A stretch of 62,957 nt of DNA, filler included, from Sphacelaria rigidula (GCA_964200075.2; 6 parts of 6 records of this genome joined end to end with filler, not necessarily neighbours in it); one strand, 5' to 3'. Positions 11,397 to 26,280 are shown, numbered from the whole stretch's first letter. Notes: generated by a model not told the origin, from the sequence alone. Numbers and translations: made by a program.

Positions 11397-12926
11397 GTGG
11401 CCAACCTGTTCCTAATCGTCATCGGTGGTTCCATCCTGAACCGGCTGGAGGATTTCTCCGACGATCCGGGTTCAATCGTGACCCTGTTGGGTAACTCCGT
11501 GCCCGGGAAGGGAGAGGTACGCTTGGACCTGTTACCAAGTACATGCGTAACCTCGTGCAGCGATATATATCATGATGAATCATGCTGAATCACCATATTT
11601 CACACGTGACCTGTAGCGTCAAGGCATCGTAATGACATGGCGTCACAGGCCGGTGTGATGTTGATGAAGCCTTTTACCTCGAGCCCTCGGTGTGTGAATC
11701 AACGTTTGAGATAGCTTGTCACACACCACAGATCGGATGCGGGTGCAGTGCAGTATCACACCAACAAACACCATCACCATCATGCGCAATTGGGAGCTTG
11801 GTCGAGCGGGAACACGTGCATGGCATACGTCCGCGGTTGTGGTAATTGTGTAGCGAGCATACAGTAGGCGTTCCGTGAGTACTGGTGTCAGAAGGAAGTG
11901 CCTTGCATGCCAACCGATGCTGCCTGCCGTGGAGCTGTGCAAGCCGATGGACTAGACTACATTCACCCTTCACCCAGTACCCTCATGCGCTGGCTTCAAA
12001 CCATCCCGAGCACCGCTCAGGGTATGGTACTTGCTGTAGTGGTACTTGGAAAGTTCAACAGCACTGTCCACAGAGATGATTAATATAATGTAGTGTTGTC
12101 CGCGAGGCGTACGGTTGTGAACGTTTCCCACGAGTTTTTTTACCCCATACTCCTCATCACTCGTCCGTCGACTTGCTCACCTGTGGTTGGCGTTCGTTGG
12201 CGTTCGCTTGATATGTGGTTGACGATCAGTTCTTCTTCTTGACTCTGATGGTGACGCTTCTGTCTGGACTGTGGATGGATCTTTCTAGGGTAGTGACCGT
12301 CGTCATCGGCTTCATCATGGGCGCGGTGAGGATGCCACTCTCTTGACATGTGATTTGTATTGATGGTGCTGTTGCCAGTGTTATATATAAGACCGTAGTG
12401 GTAGTGGTGATGGTAGTGTATTTATTCAGTATATTCTGATTGAGAGTAATACGACATGTTGTAGACGTATTTTAAGGATGAAGACCTGCACGGCAGCGCA
12501 ATAGCCTTGACCTCGGGTGAGATTGGTGACACGGGTGACATGGTCTTCGTCGCCATTGCGAAAGACTCGGGGCCGACTTAACGCTCGTGTTCTCAATGTA
12601 ATGTTGAAGTGTTTGTGTTTGACGCTTACAAATGTGTTTCCGGTTCATGAATGATACACCTGATCCCGAAATGGATGCATGAAATGTGGCGGCCGTGTGC
12701 GCTGTTTGCAGTAAGTTCGACAGTATGACAAAATGGCGAAGGTTACCAGGGTCTTGGTCGAGGAGGGGAATATGTTGAGTTGTGATGTCTGTTGGTCGTC
12801 ATGACGTGATCGTGCTGTGCTTTCGCCTTGCCGTGGTGCTGTGTTGGACCGTTAGAGCCCAATCTATTTTGGTCCTGTCTACAGCTTCATCCTTGTCCTC
12901 TTCCTCATGGTGTTCGTTTGCGCGTG

Positions 12927-12963
<37 letters not shown>

Positions 12964-15900
12964 ACTGTTGCTGCTGGTTGTCGCTTGTGGTGCTGAGCAG
13001 ATGAGTGACGAGAAGGGCAAGTCTGACCGCGAGATTCGCACAGCAAAGGCCCCTCCTTCCGTCAACTGGGGCACCTTCTATCCGCCTCTGTAAGTGTCGA
13101 ACTTTCAAATATCATGTTCGGATTTTGCAGGATAGTGAAGCAAGCTTGATGGAAGTAGGTGAAGCAATGATGAAATGCTCCCAAACACAATCCCAACAAT
13201 CAACAAGGTTTTCCCGAATGGTTGCTGGTGGTGTGATGACTGATGACTTGTGCCCGTCCGTCTGAGGTGAAGGTGAAGGTGCCACCGAGTTTGTGTCGAG
13301 TGCGTCAAATGCGATGCATGTAGTAACGTTTGGCATTTGCATGTGATTATTGAATGCAATGCATTGCAGGCTGTTCGTACTCATGGTCGTATACGTGTAC
13401 GCGGCGATCACGCCGATCATTCTGCCGCTGGCATGGCTCCTCTTCGCTGCCTCTTTCATGGTGTACAAGAACCAAGCTCTCTATGTCTACGTGCAAACGG
13501 CGGAGAGCGGTGGAGCGGTGAGTCAACGTTGGCTGTTTGATTTTGTGCCATGAGTAGTTTTCCTGATGGTGGTACCATCCGGGACGGGGTAGTCAAACTG
13601 AGTTTTGTGTCGGTTGCGCTGAATTTTTCTCATGACTCTATATTGCCTGATATGGTTGGTGGTTTGATCACCTTTTGGTATACGTGGGCGCATCAGCCAG
13701 GGTCATACAGGAAAAAGGTTATCAGGGGAATTTCCCCTCATCTTTCGTTTTTAATACTCCGCGTTCCTTTTGCGGTGCTTGTCTTGGCCTGTTACTTTTC
13801 ATCGCGAGAAAGGTTCCTTTTCCTCGTCGAAGGGTCCCTCAAGTTCAATTTTTGTGTACTCACAATGTAGTCGCTCTCCACTGTAGGGTATGATGTGAGA
13901 AAGAATCCCAGATTCTCCAACTTCACCGAGATTCGAACACACGGCCCAACCACAAGGATCCGAGATTACCAACTGAGCCACCGGGGTGACCGGCTACTGG
14001 TGGGTGGTGAAATGCTGTACGCAAATTTCTATTCTACACGTGATGGATATTGCCGCCGCTCCCTCGCGGTAAAGATTAAAATGATTTTGTTGTTGGAAGC
14101 GGTTACGGTTCAATTGAATTAGGTTCGGCTTGGAATCTCGACATATGCTCTAGTGTGTTGCTTCACGCCTTTCCACGGGATTTTTCTCAAGGGTATCAGA
14201 TCTGTGTTTTGGGTCCTTGAGAACGCCAGGACGTGAGACACGAAGAAACATTGCTCGACAAGTGTTGCGGTGCGGGAGTGCTGATAGTCATGATAGTCAT
14301 GCTCCACTAAACCGGGAGAGGAGAGGAGATGAATATGTTTGGGGAGAGACCTGCCACCACGGACTCGTGTCGGGGACGAGGAGGAACTCAAAGTGTTGCC
14401 AAAACAGGAAAAAATCTTAACCCTAACAACCCCAAGCCTAGAAAGGAAGGTGTACCCGTGGCGTAGTACAGTACACTAGTCGGGTAAACGGTTATTCAAG
14501 CATACAACTTGAATGTATGGAGCTGGACATGATTCTTCTGATCGTACGTACTGTAAAACGTTCAGCTTTCAAGAGTTTGATTTTTTCCCGTCTGGCCTTG
14601 GTCCTTCTAATGTGTTTACAGGCAAGTGCAGTATCCCTTGTGCTTGTGCCTTCAATTCGCGCACTCGAACTGGCCCACCCGCTCGACACCACGCTGCACT
14701 GCAGTGCCGCTTGACGAGGCAGAGCAGCGAAACGTGATGGAAATGTCTCGTATAAGACGAGAGATGACCTACTCGTCGAAAAAAACGGCATGTGTCAACA
14801 CGAACTCCTGCAGAAGGCGTATGTAGCGATGTACAGTACATCCCTCTAGGATTCCGTCTTGTCGATCGTAGCCAGACCCTAGCCACCAACTACAGTAAAC
14901 TTAAACGTTCAACATACCAAGCTGGCTGAGTTGATGCTCACGAAAATGTTTCACACCAGAGTCGAGAATGCGGACCACCTTGTTAACTCGAGATGCTGCT
15001 ATCGCGAACCCCGTGTTTCGATTGCAGGTATCGATACAGTAGTGCATGCATTGACGCAGTGTGTGTCGTGTCGTGAGCTGCTTCATCAAATACTCAATGG
15101 TCCCTATCATTCAGTATGGTGATTTTTTTGTTTTGAAGGCAAGATATAAAATTAATAAAAACTGATGTACCTTTGAGACAGTACCCCCCATCATTTTTAC
15201 TCTTTCGCCGTGTTGTGCTCGGATCTGTCGATGTTGAGCATCGCATTCGTGCACGATAAAACGCCACACCGCACACCACCCATCCATTTTTTTAATGTTG
15301 GGTCGGGCTGACCATACCTGTTCCCGCTGTGCCGTCTCTCCTTTCCTGTGCGTGCTGTGTGTTTTGTCTTACTTGCTCGTGCGGCATGGGTTAATTGAAC
15401 CATACCACATGACGTCACGCAGGCCATGTACCTACTATTCTCTTTCGGCATGTCCTGTCTCTATGTGGGCGAGATCGTGTTCATAGGGTACCTGGGCATC
15501 AAAGACGGGGCAGGTCAAGGCGGCTGGGCCGTCGCCCTCGTGTTCATCACCATGGCGTGGCATTACCTCGTGAGTTGCCTGTACCAACAGACGTGTCGCT
15601 AAACTTGATGGCATTTCTTCATATTTATAGTACTTGTATTGTCATTTTTATGTAGTGGCAAAGTAAATAATGCATACTTGGCGCCCGTCTCCTTCATATT
15701 CGCAAGCGCTCGTATCGTCAGGACTATTTGGCCGTTTGTGTCGGTTTTTGTTTGAGAACATCGCTACAGGATGTGATGACGCAATTTTTCGTGCCGTGTT
15801 TTTGGTTTTTGTTTGTGTTCAGGTGAACTTGAAGTTCGTGTCGGTGTCCAAGAAGCAAAGCTTAGAAGCGGCCGTAGCCGCTGACAACAAGATCCTGAAG

Positions 15901-17822
15901 GCCCAGTCCGAGCTGGGCCCCTCATCCACCGCTGACCAGCACCACCCATTCGATGGCAAGGCTTACGTACAGGTACAACTATGCGACAATGAAGTTGTTG
16001 TGCACAGCTGACCTGGGAACGAGGAAACGGGTACCAGAGGATCGCGAAAAGTGTCGTGTGTCGTGTATCGTGTCGTGGTTGGCATGGTCTAACTGTTGAC
16101 AATGGCGTTGGCATCGTCAGTTTCAGGCGGAGGAAGCCCAAAAAACATTTCAACATTTCAACATTTCAACCACCAGTTTCGAGAAAAAATCGTCATTATC
16201 GTGTATCACAACCGGGAAACTTGTCGATGGTTGTTGAACACGAATGGAGTTTCGTGTAACGTCACTTTTTAGGCAGCCGCACATATGCGTCGTGGGATAC
16301 AAGATTGCCTAAGGATCTGTTGGCTCTGTCTGCTGGAACACTCTTGAAAAAATGACTCACCCCATGTGATTACTCTGATTTCGATGCATTTTGGTGATGT
16401 CCGTGAGCTTTGGGTATCCACTCGCTAACATCTCTTGAGGCATTGAAGCGCAGGAGCTTATCGCTCACAGCGCACACCATAACAAACCCCACACAAATTG
16501 TGGAGGTTTTCGACCTTCATTGCGCTGCTATCCGAATGTCTACAGTGTCTACACGTCTCAGTGTTGAGTCGACTTTTACTCAACTATTTGCAAGTAAGAA
16601 CATGTGATGAGCTGGGGGCCGAAGGGTTCCGTCTGACCTGAATTTTGCTCACTATATCACCATGCTACGTCAAGTCACGAGGCAGACTTGATCGTTTGGA
16701 GCACAGCAACAAGGCAAGTAGAGTGAGTGAGTAAGTGCACGACGCCTACCACTGTGGAGCCCACCGCCATGGACAGCGTTGCGCGTGCTGAATATCTCGT
16801 TCCTTGGCTGGGTCCAGTCGCCCGCGTCTCGAGACGATGTCGAGTGTTGGTGTGACGTGATTCACGTTCACGTGTGATGGCAGTCAGTATAGTGAAGGCA
16901 GTGCAGGTTGTGACTGTGTGCGACTTGCGCCTTTTTTACACAATTTGTGGAGACGGAGAGGGGAGCAATTGCAAGCGAGCTGCGCACATGAAGGCACCCG
17001 ACAATCGGCTGGGAACGCTCTCGGTCATCCCGGCTAGCTTTGGCCGGAATCTCTTCAGTAGCTTGCTGTGCTGCAATCACAGAATATAACACTAGCTTGC
17101 GCTGCTCATGACACAGCACATGCATATCGTAAGGGCCTGACGGGTCGGAAGGGCGGTGAGCTGTCATATTTCGTTGCCCTTGTTGATTACAAGTCATACA
17201 TTCATATTGCTAATTGGTGTGCTGTTGTACTCCTGTTTGGAGAGCGGGATTGTTGTTGTCTCCGTACGAAATCGTTGGTACCGCAAGCAATAGTAACGTG
17301 TTTTCCTGTTGTACAACAGTAGAAGTTTCTGGTGTTTTCCAGACTCCCATTTGCCTGCTTCATCTCGTTTAAAACTTGCGAACGCGAACCGATGCTGACG
17401 CTATACTGGTAGTAACCCTGACCACACGGGCTATAGTCGATTCCAATGCACATCGTTCCGAACTTCGAGTTGAAGAGCAGCGAGTAGCTCCCCGCCCTTC
17501 ATGTCTTTTTTTCGACCCTTTATCAATCCTTGTCGTAATTCTTGGCCCCTGTGCAAGTACTGAATACATACTGTCGTCCCGTTTAGTCCGTGCGGTTTGT
17601 GACGCAAGTAATGGAGTATCTGTCAGATGTTACGAGAGATCGACTCGACTTCTTTTTTTGCGTTTAAACCGTGAAACTTGGAACCTGGAACAGAGCTGCC
17701 TGAAGAAGAGCGAGTGGGAGACCAAGCCCGAGGGCTACCGTGATCCCGCCAACGCTCTCAAGGATAAGATCGTACCGCCGAGGATGGAGCATGCTCTCGA
17801 GCGTGGCACCGGTATGACATGA
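11397..17822 (+). CDS. OSCA/CSC1/ERD4-family (DUF221, RSN1_7TM) calcium-permeable stress-gated channel, C-terminal 7 exons (5' part outside the contig)
   Basis: Phase-consistent AG/GT exons 11397-11516, 12230-12325, 13001-13089, 13370-13517, 15423-15569, 15823-15972 and 17694-17822 (stop). They give VANLFLIVIGGSIL..PGSIVTLLGNSVPGKGEFFFLTLMV..MDLSRV..PPSVNWGTFYPPLLFVLMVVYVYAAITPIILP..YKNQALYVYVQTAESGG..GYLGIK..AYVQSCL, the canonical OSCA motif order. Confidence 0.93.
12926..12963. repeat. (GTT)n microsatellite in an OSCA intron
   Basis: Directly visible; explains the poly-L and poly-N ORFs. Confidence 0.95.
13635..13994 (-). mobile_element. tRNA-derived SINE, intronic copy
   Basis: The minus strand begins gccggtcaccccggtggctcagttggtaa (A box) ... 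gttcgaatc (B box). The body aligns with 33278-33775 and 48951-49255. Confidence 0.82.
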
Positions 17823-20316
17823 TCCTGTAGGTGTTGTCGAGCGGACTTCTTTCAGCCGATGGATGCGTGTCTAAGCGAATCACGCTATATAGGCAGAGAC
17901 CCCAGCACGCGTTCACCCTGGACTACTACTTACAGTGAAGCAGAGAGACGGGCATACAGCAAGTCCTGAGTGATGTGAAGGAAGTAAGCAGGAGGTAGGT
18001 ATATGTCATTTTGGATAGGCGCGAGTTTTACGTGCTGGGGGTGCGAAGCTTTGCTGTGGTTCTTCTCGAGGTCTCGCACGTGGGGCAGAAAAGTTTTGTC
18101 CGTTGTGAGTGTGAGGTCGTGCGAAGCAGAGCACACGCAGGTAGTATGCTCGATAGATCGTGTCATGCACCAGCTGTTTGCGGCGCTGCGTGCACAACCT
18201 ACAGTAGGCATGCATGACAAGTGACAATGCCAACAGCTTCTGAGGCTCTGCGCATTGCTTGGGTCGGAGGTAGGGAGTGAACGTTGTGTATGTATTTATG
18301 TACTTGGAAATATCTTTGTCACAGGGTCAAGATGGGGAATCGCAGTACATACGGTAAACGGAATCAACGGATGGGTGTTACAGTGCTACAGTAGAACAGT
18401 AGGGTGATGTACCGGGATTGTTATTATCTTCCTTACTTCATCTGCCATCGATTCCTTTCTAGGCAGTTAGTTTCATACTTGTCGGTCGAGCTACAGTAGC
18501 TCTACGTTGGTTTCGGCGCTTGTGACCTGCTTTTGCTATACTGTTTTTGTAAGGTCTGTAGTTGAGGAGATTTAAAACGGTTTGACGTTTTGGTTTGTTC
18601 ATTTTATACTCGCAATTTTACGTTAACGTTTAGGGTTGGTTTGTTCGTCCCTGTCGCGTGGGGGTCGGTTCGCTTCGTTGTGCTCGTTGTGCTCAGCATG
18701 TCCACATATACATAGGTGATGGTTGATGGGTGATGAGTGAACATTCCAGACGTGGATACGCGGCCGATAGAACAATTGATACTCCGAAGTTACCTTGCAA
18801 CACTGCACGGGCCACGCGTTAACTTGTTGCGGTGTATGTATTAATTTAATATATATATATATACATCAGCGTATAATGCATGATGACATACGCATGTATT
18901 GGAGACATATTTCCATTTCCTTCGGAGGACCTCAGTCACCTTACAGTCAGGTGCGCCGCGCAAACTTGTACCTGAAGCTGTATGGCATCAGCGTAGTTTT
19001 AGGTCGTGTGAAAGTGGGGAAAAATCCTGACTGAGAATACTGAGTACGGATGCTTCTGGTATCTTTTCTTGGAGCAATAGTTGTTGCTTTGTTTCATAAC
19101 ATTTCTAAGTCACGTTTCAGCGTTTTGGTTGGAACCAATGATATTTGGCGATTTGGATAGTGCAGTAGACGTTATAAACTCAACACGAGAAGAAATTGAT
19201 TGGTATCGTGTGTGCGTGTGTGCTCCCTATTGGAGGTCGCCATCGGCTAGTGTGGGATATGGGCATTATGGGCAGGGATGATGGCCCATGCGCGCCTTGC
19301 TGTTGATGTTGGTCGTTCTAACACTCCCTGCACGCGTGCTTGGGACGTGAAAAAATAGTACATTCGAACATGTGAGTTCTTGATCCTTTTGGCAACGCAC
19401 GCAGAATCCGAAAAGGGATGAGCTGGTGAGAGCCCCTTGACCACAACGTGCCGACGAATAACAATGTCTCATTAACTGGTAACCATGAAATGCTGCTGTT
19501 AGCGCACATATTTGTCATGTGGCCCAGGGAAAATTTTCATGGGACCAACGCATTCGCATCGAGATGCACGGTGTCTCGGCCATGTATGCAACCGAGTCTC
19601 CTCCTGGGTAGCCCTTGTCATCACTCGTATCGTGCTGTGTCGTGTCCTGTCCTGTCCCGTTCCAACGGCATGCCCGCGATTCTCAAAGGAGGAATAATGT
19701 GCTGATGACTACGCAGCTTTAGCGGAGGTACGCTCCCTGAGCCATGATATCTCGAACTTCCCGCTGGTGACGAGTCATACTGTCCACCCCATCACTTCGG
19801 CCATTCTTCTTTCTGCGACCACGATGACAGTGGTTGTTGCTCATGTGTTGCCCTTGGCATAGACCAGGCGGTTTCTTCACGGCCACAGCCCCTGCTGCCC
19901 GCTGACTCTGCTTCTGTTTATAAGAAATACAAATACAAAAACGCAACGCAGAATGCAATTTGGAGGATTACTGTTACTTAATCACATTCGCAATTTTCCA
20001 AGAATCTAGTGCCCGTGTTCACAAAGCCAAGACAAGAAGAATGACGGACCCACGAACATGAACATAAAGCGAGAGAACAAGGGGCCCGGAGTTTTACACT
20101 AGTCAGCGAAAAATAGAAAGCACAAGAATATTCCTCGAATCAAAGAAACAAACCAAAATAAAAACAAAGACGTCGGCAAGATGGCACGTGGGGAATGAGG
20201 GGCATAAAGAGGTCAAAATTAGGCAGAAGATTTGGGGCGGCATACCGATCAGATCAGGACAGGGCAAGGCAAGGTACGGTAGACACTTTTCACGATAGCC
20301 CCCCCCCCCAAACTAG

Positions 20317-20389
20317 CTCCGTCTCGAAAGGGATGCGTGGTCAATGGTCAAACGACTAAGGCAAGCAACAAATGAGTACGCTCCCCCCC
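20317..20389 (+). mobile_element. Short poly(C)-tailed element (variant B), inserted next to another C-run
   Basis: ctccgtctcgaaagggatgcgtggtcaatggtcaaacgactaaggcaagcaacaaatgagtacgctccccccc, flanked on both sides by C(n)A(n)ctag. Confidence 0.85.
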
Positions 20390-22099
20390 AAAAAAACTAG
20401 CCCAAACGGATTCGAGGTCTCAAGGCAATATCTCATCGACACGGACGAGTTGGGCCATGATTGAACTTCCCTGGAGCACGAGGAGACGATAGATACCCTC
20501 ACGTTCACCGAATTCGTTATCCATCTCCAGACGAGATCGAGTTCCAAATTAAAATCAAAATAATACGCAGAGGCACTAAATGCCCTCGACCTGGATATCG
20601 CGTCTCAGTTTTCGAGAGTTGTGCAATGAAATTTCGTATGCAGAACCGTTGGTGCATAAAACGATGAAGCTTTCTTCATTTTTTTTGTTTTTTCAGGGGA
20701 GTTTTGAGGAGAAATGAACACTGCTCGTAGGCCATATCTCCATTTTTTAGCTCAACTTGTAGAAATGTGATTTGAAGCTTACCATGGATCACAGAGAACA
20801 AGGTTTTCGTGAGATTGAGAGTTGGGTGTGGATTGAGAGTGGCTTTGATCATTCGCTTTAACTTCTTGGTCATTTTTTCATTCCGTGTTTGCTTTTCGTC
20901 GTCTCATCACTGCCATGTGCTNNNNNNNNNNNNNNNNNNNNNNNNNNNNNNNNNNNNNNNNNNNNTTAATTAATTAANNNNNNNNNNNNNNNNNNNNNNN
21001 NNNNNNNNNNNNNNNNNNNNNAAAGTTGCTCACACCACAGCTTTCCCAGTTTCCCGAATGAACCCGATGTAAGCATATCACTGTGAAGTGTAGACCAACC
21101 TGGTAACACACGGCACCGCCGCTGACTGAAGAAAAAATGAAAGAAATGTACTGCATAATGTATAACCTTAACGACGAACGGCAGAAAAAAGAGAATGTGT
21201 CGGGATTCGAACTCATGACCTCCATAATTGGAGTCTCCCATCACTTGGTTTTTAGGGGCGCAGCAGCGTCACGGAAAATGTTGAACGCACGGCCCAATTC
21301 GACGACTCTTGAGCTGAATTTTCAGGTAGACATTCTGCATTCAAGGAGCTGATACTTCACGAGAGCAGCTGCAGATTCTCTTGTTTTCCCTGGACTTATG
21401 ACAATATCTTGTTTCTGCTGAAATTTCAAATGTCCATTACTTTTTTTCTCCTTTTTTTTTGCTGCTCACGTGATCTTCTGTATTTCGATAATAAAAAGCT
21501 GCTGTCAAAATTTCAGGGCCCAACTCCTAACATCGCGCCGTGCGTCGCCTGAGCGAGATTCACACCTACTCTTGGCCGTCCCATCTTGTACTGTAAATGA
21601 GTATCGTCAGCTGCGCTGGCATTGCGTCATACGAATGCGGCATGCGACAGTTGTCTTTACGACAACCTCCACATGTTCTCAAAACAGGACTGGGCGGTTT
21701 GACGTGCTGTTCGCTGTGCCCCAGACGTATCCTTTCATGGCGTACAGGATTGTAAAATTCGCTGTTGCGCTAGTGATAGTCACTGTATGTCTGTTGATTC
21801 TGTTCTACAACACCAACCGTCGTTTTCTTGTTTCTTGTTTTTACAGGTTATTCACCAGCACACACAAATACTGTTTGTTGCGTGCCTTCTACATTTTTAC
21901 TTCGTCTACACCTATTTGAATAAGGGTGGTAGGCCGAGTAAATGTGCGGGTGCGCTGCGCTACATGTCACACAAACCTGTCGGCAGTGCACTGGCACCCT
22001 CTTCCTTGTTATTTTTGTGCACGTCGCGTCAGTTCCCCAAGACCATCCAAGCCTACTTCCACAATGATGAGACGTTTACTTATCAATCTTCTGATCTCT

Positions 22100-25000
22100 A
22101 CGTGATCGGTCTTGCGCAATTGCGCAGGCATACAAGCCATCATGTGTGATGCCATCCGCCCTTCGACTTCAAGGGAGCACGATGTCACCAAGGACGGTTC
22201 GCTTCCTTCAGACAGTGGTGAAACAACCGTAAAGTCACCCGTGCGTAGTGAGACGGTTGACAACAACGAATCGGAACGTTTTGAGGTTGACGACAGCGTT
22301 GTTGAATGACACATTTCCGAGGACGTGGCTGCAGATTTGGATGGAGCCCGTAGTCCTCCTCTCCATGTTGCCCCCACCGCCCTTGGTGAACATGCCACTG
22401 TACACCAACCGATCACTCAAAGCGCTGACGGTGTTTACACCTTTCTCCCTCAAATCGCATCCCCCCACGTGAGCCCTGATGCTATGGAGACCTTTCCTGA
22501 CGATGACCTCCGCACACAAACCGGTGCTGAACTCTGTACCCCCCCACTCTGGCTGTTGACGACCAGCCCAAGTCGGTAAATTCTCCGCCCACGCGTACCC
22601 CGAACAAAGTACATGACGAAGCAAGTTCCCAACTTAAGCAGTCTCGCCCAGCCTTCATTTCCCCTCAACATTGGTATCATTTTTCGGTGACTGAATAAAC
22701 TACGTGTAGAGACCAGATTCTGAACAACATCTCTCTCGCACAGATTGAACGTATGAAAGGGAGACATGATTTGCCCGCCTCGCCGCGAGTCAGCGTAACA
22801 GTTTTACAAGGGGGTGCAGCAGCCCGCGCAGGTTCACCCCACTGCCAGAAACTTCCGACGGAACAGAGCAACGAGGACCGTGCGATACGCCAAGTCACAA
22901 AAGCTTTGGAAATTGCGGAGCAAGAATATAACCTGGCCGCACGAGAACACTCAGACGCTGCGAAACATTTTTCACAATGCTGGCAACCCTGGCAATCATG
23001 CCTGCGTTGGCACCGTCGCCCCCAAATGGCTGACTTGAGCAGTGACCAACACCGCTCCACACGCGGCAACCGATTTGACGGCACCGATAATCGCCACCCT
23101 CTCTCAACAAGTCACCCAACGCCTGCCCTCACCTGACCCGGCACACTTTCAACCATATGCACTGGTCCAATCACAGACGGTAGATGTTTACGCATGATTG
23201 GACCTAGTGCTGCGGCTGAATCCTGCCAGGACGGCACCCACACACTCAACACTGTTGCTCACCGCACAACTTGACAACTTTTTGGAATGTTCTACAAGTT
23301 CCGGCAATTCCAAAAATCATACGGTGGGGTAATCTAGGACGCGTGGCTGAGCCCGAAATCTGGGCGCCGCCACCTGCTCGTTCATTTTATACTTCTGATA
23401 ACCGTTCATTCCTCATTCGTGGGCACAATCCCACAACCAGGAACGCAGAAGTACCCAACAAATTTCTTCCGCTCGGCCGGGTCTCACACATAACACAGAC
23501 GAATCGGCGGCGGCCGCCGCGGGTTCAACCATGTGGTGTGGGTTCCCTGGGTATGCTGGAACTGTTTTGATGGGTTCCATGACAGCCGAGATCCATGCAC
23601 CATTGCATGACTATCAGCTGAGCCGTGGCCAACCCCAGCGTTTCAATCCTGGAATTGGTCACCCAGTTTTCCATCCACCCGGTACTCATCATATTCAATC
23701 GAATCCTTTCTCTTCGTGGGATGGGGAGTCATGTAGTGCAGTTTCTGTTGCATCCGGAGCCGAAATACCTTCTGCTGTGGTAGGCACTGCCCCTTCGACC
23801 GTTCATTGTAGGATACCAAATTCAAAGCCATATACTGAAGCACCCCCCAGGTGCTTGAGTACCCGGTTAAGCACCCTACCTAGTTCCGCAAAAATTACGG
23901 TACCCGGTTCCAATTTATTTTATGAGTGTAAAATTATTCCTTGAAGGATCGCATCCGCAAAGAACCCTTGGTATCCGTCGCTCAGCGGGTTGGAATGGAA
24001 CCCCAGTGACATCGACCCAGGTGGTGCGCCAAGAGCGTGACCTAGGATCGACTGTCCGAGAACTCATTTCAATAGCCGCTGGAGCAGCCGACCCTTTCGT
24101 GCGCCATACGCATCACCCTAGGCGGGCTCCTCCAGATGATCATGTAGATGACCCTGAAGTAGCAAGCGCGCGTGAAGTCCACGAAAGAGATTGCGTGTCG
24201 GCTCAATCAGATGAAAACCATAGAGTGGAATAGGCCGATACCCCCTAGATTTCGAACAGATCGTTACGGCTCCCTGTCCACCCCTCGTGCACCACGTTAG
24301 AACCTATTTCTGATCAGGCGTCGCCATCTGTACGGACAGAAACTTCGCTGAATCATGGACGTTCGCATCCTAGCTGAAGACAGCTCAATCGTGTGTTCAT
24401 CACCAGGCAGACAAAGTGATACGCAAGACGACTCGTCCCCTACCGCGCCCATGGTGACCCTTATTTCCCACGTCAGGTTGAACAGCCCAGCTCTATCAAC
24501 CCCGCGTTCCGACGAATCGTCTACAAAACCACCCAAGTTGGCCCTGACCATTGACGGTATTGCGTTGATTGGCATATCGAACTTAACACCGCGCCCCGAT
24601 GAATCGTCTCCCGTTCTGACCAAGGTGGATGATGTTATTGATCTTGCTTCGCACAACGGCAATTCGCCCCCTCTGTTGGCCAGTAGGGGTGAAAAATCAA
24701 GCACAACCCAGTTGTCGGGTCCAACCACGGCAACTGCCCTCCCCGGGCATCGCCCCTCCGTTGCAGTATATGAGATCCAACCCTCGACTGATGAAAAAAC
24801 AATTCCAGACACAAACACTGGCACTCCATGCACGCACCACCCTTCCGACCAAAGTCTAATCCCGAAGAATCACCAGCGTGTGTATTTCAGCACCAACGTT
24901 CAAAACGCAAAGCAAGATGTGTCATATGTCTTACCCGGGTTCGGGCCCGATCTCGTCAGTGGTACTGCAACTGTGGATGATGCCTCTTTCACGACCAAGA

Positions 25001-26278
25001 TAGGTTTACATAGTGGAGCGCGTGCAAACCGTTATTTGATAGCTCTTGCACTACCAGATTCCGGTTCGCCTCAAACGTTCATTACAGTCAGCTGCTGGCA
25101 ACAAATGATCAATGCGGGAGCGGCGGGCGAGCATTGTTTTCCCACCGCGCACCCTCGTGTTTTTGGCGGGTTCGGTTTCACCACGTCACTTACGATTAAT
25201 CAATCGGTAAGACTCATTGTACAATTCTTCCAGGATACTACTCCCACCGCTCGATTATCCGTATGGGCACTAATTGTGCCCAATGTTTCCATGTCTTTTG
25301 ATGTTTGTTGGATGGAGATAGTTGGCTTCGTTTCTCCACACACAAGTATACGTCGGACAAACCTGTTCCGAACCGTCCAGTCACAGGCAAACTGTCACTG
25401 GGTCATTTCGACACTGATTCGGGGGCTCATGCCTACAAGGATTACCCAACACAAACAGGTAATGTTTTCCGTCTGTACCATGTTGGTGAACCCATAGTCT
25501 CGCTCTCTCGTGAACCCCAACTTATTCTGTGAACCTCGTGAGATGCAATGGATCGCCCGCCCTCACAAGACATATTTTGGTCGAACTGTTCAAATCTGAC
25601 CAATCACAGGTTGATCCGTTCGAGCAGACCGAACTATTTTTTCATAAAGGCCGGCTGGCCATTTTCCTCACGTCCCCTGCATGTTTCGATATACTCAACG
25701 AACGGTTGATGTATTATGCTCAGGCACGTCTCCTACGAACTGCCCTGTCATATATGTGCTCCCCTGCGGGAACTAACTTGTCAACCGACACCCCGACAAC
25801 CACGGGCCCCCCTCCACTACACATGCCTGACCCTATGGTGGTGACAAATCCACCAGATGCGACTGAACCTGGATCCCCAACTGCATTACTGGACTGATTT
25901 TCCTCAGAACAACGTGCTAGTTTCCAAAAGGTTGTGGGATGACATCCCCTCTTATTTGCGGCATTATGCTTTTGATCTATCCGGTGATGGTTGAACACCC
26001 ACCGTAATCGATAGCTGAGATCCACTTTGATAGGATATTTTGAACGCTTTCTACTGCATCCTTAGATTTAGGCCGATGTAACATAACACCGGATAAAATC
26101 AAAATCCCAGGTGACACTCCACCTATCGCTATGCCTCCGTACCGTACGAACCCCCTCTCAGCGAGTAAGATCCAAGTAATTCTCGACGGTTACTTATCCG
26201 CCGGTTCAATTCGGCACTCGACGTCTCCGTGGGCCTTGCCTTTAGTAGCCGTCCGCAAGGAGAATGGCAAAATCAGAC

Positions 26279-26280
<2 letters not shown>
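22100..26280 (+). mobile_element. Highly degenerate Ty3/Gypsy-like retroelement (gag-like region, protease, start of RT); left boundary uncertain
   Basis: Protease-like LIALALPDSGSPQTFI (~25035-25083). RT N-terminus PYRTNP..ILDGYLSAGSIRHSTSPWALPLVAVRKENGKIRL (26131-26280), cut by a LINE tail. Confidence 0.75.

Noticed and set aside
21196-21262. tRNA gene on the minus strand (similar stretch at ~51103-51180)
   Set aside because: Only a B-box-like gttcgaatccc and a shared aggggcgc end are present. It is probably a decayed SINE head, too weak to call.
22667-22679. LTR end plus tRNA-iMet PBS (caaca-t-tggtatca)
   Set aside because: Only an 8-nt match, within an apparently continuous degenerate reading frame, and no second LTR.
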